A program made the position numbers and the translations under genes. From a candidate division FCPU426 bacterium (lineage in GTDB: Bacteria > Oederibacteriota > JAAXVQ01 > JAUVAV01): a stretch of 16,423 nucleotides of DNA. The notes beneath the pieces were generated by a model. It was not told where the DNA came from. It saw nothing but the letters and a program-made list of their open reading frames with translations, and searched no databases. This document shows, in pieces, positions 1-7,318 of the stretch (the first letter of the stretch is position 1; every line of letters begins with the position of its first letter). The stretch spans positions 1-16,423 of the forward strand of contig DAOWGI010000068.1 of assembly GCA_030637655.1 (NCBI GenBank). The letters run 5' to 3'.

Positions 1-120
1 AATATTCATTGATATATCGTTAGGTTAGGTGTTTAGCAGAAAAAAACATCTTGTAGACAGTGAAACTACTTTTCACAGGTTTCAGCGTCGAAAATCACTG
101 ATGGGCTAATGCTCTAAATA

Positions 121-140
121 GGGGGTTTTGCAGCAGAATC
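121..140. mobile_element. Possible terminal inverted repeat of an insertion sequence lying left of the window
   Basis: GGGGGTTTTGCAGCAGAATC resembles the TTTTGCA(A/G)CAG-type ends of IS5/IS1182-like elements. Recognised by pattern only; no partner end or transposase is visible in the window. Confidence 0.25.
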
Positions 141-303
141 AAATAACAAGTTAACGAAAATCAAATTAGGAAATTATTTATTCGACGCTTTATATAATTC
201 AAAATTGAAAAATACATCATGGGTAACTGATGAACCATTAAATCATATACAAAGCCCTTCGGATCTTTTTTTGAAAGGAAATGCTGAATTTAATAATATG
301 GTT

Positions 304-1572
304 TTAGGTGTCTGAATCGGATTCGTCTTTTGGCGCAGACTTTTTTTTGTCAACTAGGAATTGTTCGTATGCTTTTTTATTGGGAAGAACCAATGTGAAG
401 GTTGTGCCTTTGTTTACTTGGGATTCCACACGCAATTCTCCACCATGGTCCTGAGCGATTTTTAAACAGATGGAAAGTCCAAGTCCGGTTCCTTGTCCTC
501 TGGGCTTGGTGGTAAACCGCGGACTCCATAGTTTTTTCAAATTTTCCGGTTTTATTCCCGGCCCATTGTCATGAATGACAATAATACAATGCTCGTCCTG
601 TGGGAATATTTTAGCGGTAATGGCCGGTTGTGTCTGTTCGCGCAGAGCATCTGCCGCATTGGCTATTAAATTAACCAGGATTTGGGTGATCTGTATCGGA
701 TTGGCTTTGACTGTAAAAGGAAGAGGTTCGATTTTTGTGTTGACAGGACATAAATGCTTGGTTTTTGGCAGGCAGATTTGAATCGCGTCATTTAAACAAT
801 CTTCCGGTTTCGAATTTTCTACGCTCCCGCCTTGTCCATGCGAAAAACTACGCATTCCGTCTACAATACCGCGTAAACGAGTGATTGCTTTTTCTGCGCT
901 TTCGATCATTTCCCGAATATCAGCCGGTTGTGGTTGGAAGGATTCCAAAGTATCCTGCTTTTCAGTCATGTTTTGGTAATTTTTTTCGCCAAAATAATGC
1001 CAGAAGTTTTTTAACAGATTAATATTTCCCTGGACAATGGTTAAGGGATTGTTGATTTCATGGGCAATTCCGGCAGCCATAGTTCCAAGAGAGATCATGC
1101 GGTCGGCCTGTACCAACTGCTGGGCGCGCTGCTGGGCCAGACTTTCCAATTGTTGTGAATACTTAATCAAAGCGGCATTGGCTTTTTTAAGGGAAATTTC
1201 ATAATTCGCAACCCGGACACCCACAGCAATGCGGCTCTTTAACTCGCCTTTGTCAAAAGGTTTAGTGATGTAATCATTGGCTCCGGCATCCAATCCGGTG
1301 GTGATGTCTTCGGGTCTGTCATTGGATGTGACCAGAATAACATAGACAAACGTGGAGGATTTTTGCTTGCGTAGACGCCGGCAAATCTCAGTTCCGTCAA
1401 TACCCGGCATAATCCAGTCCAAGAGAGCAATCTCCGGAATCGGATCAGTATTGAGGATTTGCCAAGCTTCGTCGCCGTCACTGGCCAAAACCAGAGTATA
1501 ATCATAATGTTTGAGAGAGTTTTCCAGTAAACGTAGTGTGATTTTATCATCATCCGCCAGTAAAATACGCAT
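304..1572 (-). CDS. Hybrid response regulator / histidine kinase (REC-HisKA-HATPase_c), 422 aa, cytoplasmic
   Basis: N-terminal REC domain (ILLADDD, LLDWIMP phospho-Asp, DYITKPF), H-box AHEINNPL, N-box NLIANAADA, G1 DNGPGI, G2 GTGLGL. AGGA RBS just upstream of the ATG. Confidence 0.95.
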   Translation of the reverse strand: MRILLADDDKITLRLLENSLKHYDYTLVLASDGDEAWQILNTDPIPEIALLDWIMPGIDGTEICRRLRKQKSSTFVYVILVTSNDRPEDITTGLDAGANDYITKPFDKGELKSRIAVGVRVANYEISLKKANAALIKYSQQLESLAQQRAQQLVQADRMISLGTMAAGIAHEINNPLTIVQGNINLLKNFWHYFGEKNYQNMTEKQDTLESFQPQPADIREMIESAEKAITRLRGIVDGMRSFSHGQGGSVENSKPEDCLNDAIQICLPKTKHLCPVNTKIEPLPFTVKANPIQITQILVNLIANAADALREQTQPAITAKIFPQDEHCIIVIHDNGPGIKPENLKKLWSPRFTTKPRGQGTGLGLSICLKIAQDHGGELRVESQVNKGTTFTLVLPNKKAYEQFLVDKKKSAPKDESDSDT

Positions 1573-1579
1573 GTGTTTT

Positions 1580-1769
1580 TCCTAACCCGGGCAACCCGGA
1601 ATCAAAAAGGTATATTCACCACAGAGACACAGAGGGCACAGAGAAAACAAGATAAAATTAAAAGATTTTAAAAAACTCTGCGTACTCTGTGCCTCCTTGT
1701 GCCCGTTTTTTGGGTATGTGGTGAAATAATCTTGCCATTAAAGCACGATTTTGAGTTTTAAAATCCTAA
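1580..1769 (+). mobile_element. MITE-like composite palindromic element (~190 bp) flanked by TCCTAA direct repeats
   Basis: TCCTAA at 1580-1585 and 1764-1769. Left end CCTAACCCGG-N-CCGGAATCAAAAAGG. Internal inverted arms at 1615-1643 and 1676-1725 (TTCACCACAGAG...CTCTG...TGTGGTGAA). A second, inverted copy lies at 7218-7318, with 36 of the first 40 nt identical. Confidence 0.75.
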
Positions 1770-1807
1770 GCCGGCAAAGCCCGGTTTGCGTGTTTGGAGT
1801 ATGCTTG

Positions 1808-1836
1808 TATTATAGTATCGTCTCATTTTATGCAAA
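1808..1836 (-). promoter_or_regulatory. Possible sigma70 promoter for the REC-kinase gene
   Basis: Perfect TATAAT on the minus strand (1808-1813) with TTTTGCAT upstream. The -35 spacing is imperfect (15 nt from TTGCAT). Confidence 0.35.
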
Positions 1837-1918
1837 AAACAAGGGGTTTCAACCTTCTTTTTTTGCAGGCAGGGTTTTAAGGGCCGGAAAATATCCAGTG
1901 AAAGCCGGCAACAAATGG

Positions 1919-1946
1919 TTGTCAGAGCTACCTGTTTGTGTATAAT
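1919..1946 (+). promoter_or_regulatory. Sigma70-type promoter for the DUF368-nifU-nifS-pfp block
   Basis: TTGTCA (1919-1924), 16 nt spacer, TATAAT (1941-1946), about 95 nt upstream of the ATG at 2040. Confidence 0.6.
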
Positions 1947-2039
1947 TGAGTCTCTTTTTGGGGCACGACATATAGTAGCCGGGAACAATAGCTTATCGAA
2001 GAACGATATTATTGTATTCAAGTATAAAAAGGAGTTCAG

Positions 2040-3041
2040 ATGCAGATAATAAAAGTTTTTTTAAAAGGCACTGTGATAGGAATTGCCAATATTATTCCTG
2101 GTGTTTCCGGCGGGACCATGGCCCTGGTTTTAGGTATATATGAAAGACTTATTGCGGCCATTCATAATATTTCTTTAGAGACAGTGAAGAGCTGTTTCGG
2201 TGTGCTGAAAATGAAGGCTGCGGCCAGGGAAGTGTTTTGGCGGGAAATGCGCCGCATTGATGTGTTTTTTTTAGGAACCCTTGGTTTGGGAGCAGTTGTG
2301 GCGATTGTGGCCCTGGCTAACGCTATGACCTATTTGTTGGAAAAACAGCATGATCCGACCTATGGTTTTTTCTTTGGTTTGGTGGCTGTCTCAGCCTGGG
2401 TTCCGTACCAGCTCATCCGGAAAAAGACTTGGGTGAGTCTGCTGGTTGGGTTGGTAGCGCTCGGCAGTGTGGTTATGCTTGCAAATACCATGAGCGGCGA
2501 GGCCATGCTGGAAAAAGAGCAGACTAAATATGAGATGAAACTGGCCCAGGAGCAAGCTTTTGACCAAGCGGCCGCAACAACCAAAAAACACGCACCCTGG
2601 CATTTGCTCTTAATGTTTATAGCCGGAGCAGTGGCTATTTCAGCTATGATTTTACCGGGCATCAGCGGGTCTTTCCTGTTGCTGCTCATGGGCGCCTATT
2701 TTGAAATATTGAAAGCCATTACGTATCGGGATTTTTTAGTGTTGTTTGTATTCGCCTTGGGTTGCGGAATCGGGATTCTGGTATTTACCCGATTTTTAAA
2801 TTTTCTCTTGAAACGGTGGCATGATGTTACCATGAGTTTTTTATTGGGCTTAGTACTGGGGTCGTTGTGGGCGATTTGGCCCTTTAAAGCCGTCACCCAA
2901 GTAGGAGAAAAAACCATATATCTGGCCAATCAAATGCCAACAACTATAGGAAGCAATGCGCTTCTGACCACGTTGACCTTTCTGTTGGGTGGCGCGATTG
3001 TGAGTGTTTTTATCTGGTTGGAACAACGCCGGCAGGTTTGA
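2040..3041 (+). CDS. DUF368 family membrane protein (putative undecaprenyl-phosphate translocase), 333 aa
   Basis: Twin signature motifs IPGVSGGTMA and ILPGISGSFLLLLMG, multiple hydrophobic helices, C-terminal GSLWAIWPF. AGGAG RBS. Confidence 0.92.
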   Translation: MQIIKVFLKGTVIGIANIIPGVSGGTMALVLGIYERLIAAIHNISLETVKSCFGVLKMKAAAREVFWREMRRIDVFFLGTLGLGAVVAIVALANAMTYLLEKQHDPTYGFFFGLVAVSAWVPYQLIRKKTWVSLLVGLVALGSVVMLANTMSGEAMLEKEQTKYEMKLAQEQAFDQAAATTKKHAPWHLLLMFIAGAVAISAMILPGISGSFLLLLMGAYFEILKAITYRDFLVLFVFALGCGIGILVFTRFLNFLLKRWHDVTMSFLLGLVLGSLWAIWPFKAVTQVGEKTIYLANQMPTTIGSNALLTTLTFLLGGAIVSVFIWLEQRRQV

Positions 3042-3087
3042 GAGAATCAAAATAACAATACAACATGGTCGTAGGAGCGTGGTTGCT

Positions 3088-3939
3088 ATGTGGGATTATA
3101 CAGATAAAGTTAAAGATCATTTTTTTCATCCGCGCAATGTGGGCGAGATTCCCCAGCCGGATGCTGTGGGAGAGGCGGGATCTTTGGTCTGCGGAGATGC
3201 TTTGAAATTATTCTTGAAAATAGATCAAAAGACCAAGAAGATCACTGCAGCCAAGTTTCAGACCTTTGGCTGCGGAAGCGCGATTGCCTCTTCGAGTGTT
3301 TTGACGGAAATGGTCATCGGGAAAACATTGGATGAGGCGGCCTGCATCACCAATCGTGATATTGCTGATGCCCTGGGCGGTCTGCCGCAGGAAAAAATGC
3401 ATTGTTCGGTAATGGGAATGGAAGCTTTGGAAGCAGCGATTGCTAATTATCGAGGCCAAGGGACAGCGTTGCCGGAGGAAGAAGAGGGCGCTGAAATTGT
3501 CTGTAAATGTTTTGCTGTGACCGATAAAAAGATAGAACGGGCAGTGCGCGAGAATAATCTGAACTCCATTGAAGAGGTGACCAATTACACCAAAGCCGGC
3601 GGCGCTTGTGCCTCCTGCCACTGGAAAATAGAAGAGATTATCCGCCGGGTTCATCAAGAGATAAGCGCGAAACCGAAACCACCGGGCACCAAATCATTGA
3701 CCAATCTCAAACGTATGCAATTGGTGCAAGAAACCCTGGACCGTGAAGTGCGGCCGGAATTGCGCAAAGACGGCGGAGATCTGGAATTGGTGGATATTGA
3801 AGGTAAAGTAGTGAAGGTGCGCTTGTTGGGGATGTGCGCGGGTTGCCAGGTTGCGGATTTTACCCTGCGGGATATGGTGGGTAAAAAATTGCGCGAATTT
3901 GTGGAACCGGATATAGAGGTTCAGGAGATCAAAGAATGA
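3088..3939 (+). CDS. nifU: Fe-S cluster assembly scaffold NifU (three-domain), 283 aa
   Basis: Starts MWDYTDKVKDHF with AGGAG upstream. IscU-like domain Cys residues (CGD, FGCGS, MHCS), central [2Fe-2S] motifs CKC...GGACASC, C-terminal Nfu domain (DGGDLELV...CAGC). Start moved from the ORF-track position 3004 to the ATG at 3088. Confidence 0.96.
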   Translation: MWDYTDKVKDHFFHPRNVGEIPQPDAVGEAGSLVCGDALKLFLKIDQKTKKITAAKFQTFGCGSAIASSSVLTEMVIGKTLDEAACITNRDIADALGGLPQEKMHCSVMGMEALEAAIANYRGQGTALPEEEEGAEIVCKCFAVTDKKIERAVRENNLNSIEEVTNYTKAGGACASCHWKIEEIIRRVHQEISAKPKPPGTKSLTNLKRMQLVQETLDREVRPELRKDGGDLELVDIEGKVVKVRLLGMCAGCQVADFTLRDMVGKKLREFVEPDIEVQEIKE

Positions 3940-5108
3940 GTGAAATAATTTATCTGGATAACAACGCGACCACAGCAGTGGCTCCGGAAGTATTGGACGC
4001 CATGGCGCCATATTTTCGTGAAGCTTATGGCAATCCCTCCAGTATGCATAATTTTGGCGGGCAATTGGCACACCAGGTACAAAGCGCCCGGGAACAGGTG
4101 GCAAAATTATTTCATGCCCAGGATACGGAAATATTATTTACCAGTTGCGGGACTGAATCGGACAATAGCGCTATCCGAGGTGTTTTGGAGGCCTATCCGG
4201 AAAAGCGGCACATCATCACCACCCGAGTTGAGCATCCCGCGGTCCTGAGTTTGTGCGCTCATTTGGAGCATCGCGGGTACCGGGTCACATATTTGCCGGT
4301 GGATTCGCGAGGGCGGCTGGATCCGGATCAATTGCGTCAAGCCATACAACCGGATACGGCCATTGTGTCAGTGATGTACGCGAACAATGAAACCGGAACG
4401 GTTTTTCCGATTGAAAAAATAGCTGAAATTGTGAAGGAACGCGGTGTAGTCTTTCATTGTGATGCCGTGCAGGCTCCTGGAAAACTTTCTTTGGATATGC
4501 AACGGATTCCCGCGGATTTGGTCTCCATTTCGGGGCATAAGTTGCACGGTCCCAAAGGAGTGGGAGTGCTTTACATCCGCCGGGGAACACGTTTTGTGCC
4601 GTTTATTATTGGTGGGCATCAGGAACGCGGCCGGCGCGGAGGTACTGAGAATGTTGCCGGGATTGTTGGACTGGGCAAGGCCTGCGAATTGGCGCGTAAG
4701 CACGAAAACGAAGAAAAGCGGAAAATCTCGGAGTTGCGTGATCATTTAGAGCAGGAGCTGGTAAAAAAAATACCGGAAGTTCATATCAATGGTGATGTAG
4801 AACACCGTTTGGTTTCTACCAGCAATATTAGTTTTTCATATATTGAAGGAGAAGCGATTCTTTTAAAACTCAGCGAGCAAGGAATATGCGCTTCTTCCGG
4901 TTCCGCGTGTACTTCCGGCTCTTTGGAACCCAGCCACGTGTTGCGTGCCATGGGTGTTCCGTTTACCTTGATACATGGTTCAATCCGTTTTAGCTTTTCA
5001 CGATATAATACACAAGCAGAAGTGGATCGGGTTATAAAGATTTTACCGCCGATTATTGAAGAATTGCGTGCTATGTCACCCTTCTGGGCAAACCGGCCGG
5101 GGAAATAG
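3936..5108 (+). CDS. nifS: Cysteine desulfurase NifS (group I), 390 aa
   Basis: IYLDNNATT, SGHKLHGPKG (PLP lysine), SSGSACTS catalytic Cys motif. ATGA overlap with the nifU stop suggests translational coupling. Confidence 0.97.
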   Translation: MSEIIYLDNNATTAVAPEVLDAMAPYFREAYGNPSSMHNFGGQLAHQVQSAREQVAKLFHAQDTEILFTSCGTESDNSAIRGVLEAYPEKRHIITTRVEHPAVLSLCAHLEHRGYRVTYLPVDSRGRLDPDQLRQAIQPDTAIVSVMYANNETGTVFPIEKIAEIVKERGVVFHCDAVQAPGKLSLDMQRIPADLVSISGHKLHGPKGVGVLYIRRGTRFVPFIIGGHQERGRRGGTENVAGIVGLGKACELARKHENEEKRKISELRDHLEQELVKKIPEVHINGDVEHRLVSTSNISFSYIEGEAILLKLSEQGICASSGSACTSGSLEPSHVLRAMGVPFTLIHGSIRFSFSRYNTQAEVDRVIKILPPIIEELRAMSPFWANRPGK

Positions 5109-5151
5109 ATACACGTCGATTTTTGTTTTTTATTACTAAGGAGGAAAACGT

Positions 5152-6978
5152 ATGTCAACAATCCCGAAAGCTGCTGACCCGAATTTGCTTAAAATTTGGG
5201 AGGCGAGTGAAAAAAACCGTTCGTTATTTGAAGAACAAGTGCGCAAAATGGCCTTGCCGGTACAGGCTGTGTTTCTGGACAACAAAAAAATAGTCGCGGC
5301 CGGATTTGAACCTGCTGCCGATAAACTGGCGCTGAGTCCGGATGCGGCTGAAGTCCGGAAATCTTTTCCTAAATTATATCCGGTGACCAAAGATGAGGTA
5401 TTGCAAGCCACAGCCGGCAATCGTCCTCAAACCAAGGGCTGCCGTGTGGCCGTATTGTTTTCCGGCGGACCGGCAGCCGGCGGACATAATGTGATTGTAG
5501 GTCTGAAAAAGGCCTTGGGAACGGATAATACCCTGTTGGGTGTCCGGCAGGGACCCAAAGGATTGTTGGCTGGGAACTTATTTGAAATCGCTGACGAGGA
5601 CTTACAACAGGTGGTTAATACCGGTGGATTTGATTTTTTGGGATCAGACCGGACCAAGATTAAGGGTCACGAACAGTTTAAGCAGGTCAAAGCGGTCTGT
5701 CATGACAACCGCTTGGATGCAATCGTGGTGATTGGCGGAGATGATTCGAATACTAATGCCGCTATGTTGGCGGAATATCTCTATGAAAACGTGCACGCCG
5801 ACGGTCGGGGAGTTCAAGTGGTGGGTGTTCCCAAAACCATTGATGGTGATCTGCAAGTGGGTGAGTTTCTGCCGATTTCATTTGGTTTTGATACAGCTAC
5901 CAAGATTTACTCGGAATTAGTTGGTAATATTTTGCAGGACACACCTTCGTCCAGAAAATATTGGCATTTTATCAAATTGATGGGCCGGAGCGCTACCCAC
6001 GTAGCCTTGGAAGTGGCCTTGCAGACCAAGCCGGCAGTGGCTTTTGTGTCTGAAGAAATTGAGGAGAAAAATTTATCCTTAGCGCAAAGCGTGGATATTG
6101 CCTGCCGGGCCATTGCGCGTCGTGCAGGAAAAGGGATCAATCATGGAGTGATCTTGATTCCGGAAGGCTTGATTGAATTTATACCTGAGATGAAAGCTTT
6201 GATTCAAGAACTCAATGAGGTTATGGCCAAGTTTGACAAAGTACTCAATGGTATGAATACTATGGCAGAGAAAAAGGATTTTATTTATGGCAAGATTTCC
6301 GCGCCCAGCGCGAAATTGATGGCTTCCTTACCGGATGAGTTTGAGAACATGCTCTTGCTGGACCGGGATTCGCATGGAAATCTGCAAGTCTCTCAGATTC
6401 CGACTGAGAAGTTGCTAATCGAGATGGTCCGAAGCCGCTTGCGTGAGATGAAAGCGGATCCTACTCCCTTTGTGGGTCAAGCTGCCGACCAGGTGGATCT
6501 GACGCCGGAAGAAGTGGAACGATTTGTCAAATCAAAGTTTGCGACCAATCATCACTTTTTCGGCTATGAAGGACGTTGCGGTGCGCCAACCCGTTTTGAT
6601 GCGGCTTATACTTTCAATCTTGGCTTAACTGCCGGTTCATTGCTGTTGGCAGGAAAAACCGGATACATGGTTGCTGTAAATGCCTTGGACCAGCAGGGGG
6701 CTGCTTTGGCTATTCCGTTGACAGGGCTTATTTGTATTGAACGCCGGCAGGGTAAGGATGAAATGGTTATCGAGAAAGCGTTGGTAAAAAGCGATTCCCC
6801 GGCTTTTAAATATTTTTTGTCGGTACGGGAACGCTGGAGTAATTCGGATTGTTTCTCTTCGCCGGGTCCCAGACAGTTATGGGGGCCCACAGCCAAGCAA
6901 CTTCCTATCATAGTGGCGCTGAATCAAGGATATGCAAACTTGGAATTTTCCTTAGGGGAAGAAATTGATATATTCTAA
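5152..6978 (+). CDS. pfp: Pyrophosphate-dependent phosphofructokinase (long PPi-PFK clade), 608 aa
   Basis: SGGPAAGGHNV, GGDDS and PKTIDGD (the Asp/Lys pair diagnostic of PPi use), MGRSATH, FFGYEGRC. Strong AGGAGG RBS. Confidence 0.94.
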   Translation: MSTIPKAADPNLLKIWEASEKNRSLFEEQVRKMALPVQAVFLDNKKIVAAGFEPAADKLALSPDAAEVRKSFPKLYPVTKDEVLQATAGNRPQTKGCRVAVLFSGGPAAGGHNVIVGLKKALGTDNTLLGVRQGPKGLLAGNLFEIADEDLQQVVNTGGFDFLGSDRTKIKGHEQFKQVKAVCHDNRLDAIVVIGGDDSNTNAAMLAEYLYENVHADGRGVQVVGVPKTIDGDLQVGEFLPISFGFDTATKIYSELVGNILQDTPSSRKYWHFIKLMGRSATHVALEVALQTKPAVAFVSEEIEEKNLSLAQSVDIACRAIARRAGKGINHGVILIPEGLIEFIPEMKALIQELNEVMAKFDKVLNGMNTMAEKKDFIYGKISAPSAKLMASLPDEFENMLLLDRDSHGNLQVSQIPTEKLLIEMVRSRLREMKADPTPFVGQAADQVDLTPEEVERFVKSKFATNHHFFGYEGRCGAPTRFDAAYTFNLGLTAGSLLLAGKTGYMVAVNALDQQGAALAIPLTGLICIERRQGKDEMVIEKALVKSDSPAFKYFLSVRERWSNSDCFSSPGPRQLWGPTAKQLPIIVALNQGYANLEFSLGEEIDIF

Positions 6979-7013
6979 AATGTACGCGTAAGTGAGAAAA
7001 AACGGGTTTAATC

Positions 7014-7194
7014 TGGCGGGCGGGTTTGGAACCCGCCCCTACGGTTTATATTTTCATCATCGGTTTCCCAATATATTGGATTGTTGGTGATATATTCACG
7101 GATTTCATTTAATTCCCCCTCATTGCGGATAATACGTTCGAAATAATTACGTTTGACAACACATCGTAGGGGCGGGTTCCAAACCCGCCCGCCA
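7014..7194. repeat. Inverted pair of GTAG-type REP palindromes (REPIN-like) between convergent genes
   Basis: 7014-7043 TGGCGGGCGGGTTTGGAACCCGCCCCTACG is the exact 30-nt reverse complement of 7165-7194. Each copy has an internal GGGCGGGTT/AACCCGCCC hairpin. A degenerate partial third copy lies at about 7202-7220. Confidence 0.88.
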
Positions 7195-7217
7195 ATTTGG
7201 TTTCGAATTCGCCCGCC

Positions 7218-7318
7218 AATTTTATCTTATTTTTTTCTGTGTACTCTGCGTCTCCTTGTGCCCGTTTTTTGGGTATGCGGTGAATATACCTTTTTGGTTC
7301 CGGCATGTCCGGGTTAGG
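7218..7318 (-). mobile_element. Truncated inverted copy of the CCTAA MITE-like element, containing the kinase stop codon
   Basis: Its reverse complement aligns to 1581-1659 apart from a 21-nt insert (7255-7275). It is cut off where the REP-like sequence begins. Confidence 0.8.

Noticed and set aside
1751-2021. Short ORFs in the divergent intergenic region
   Set aside because: They overlap the putative promoters and have no motifs.
3004-3087. ORF-track N-terminal extension of NifU
   Set aside because: It overlaps the DUF368 gene. The conserved start MWDY and an RBS are at 3088.
3088-5108. nifU-nifS as evidence of nitrogen fixation
   Set aside because: No nifHDK or nifENB in the window, and the pair is a known stand-alone Fe-S assembly system.
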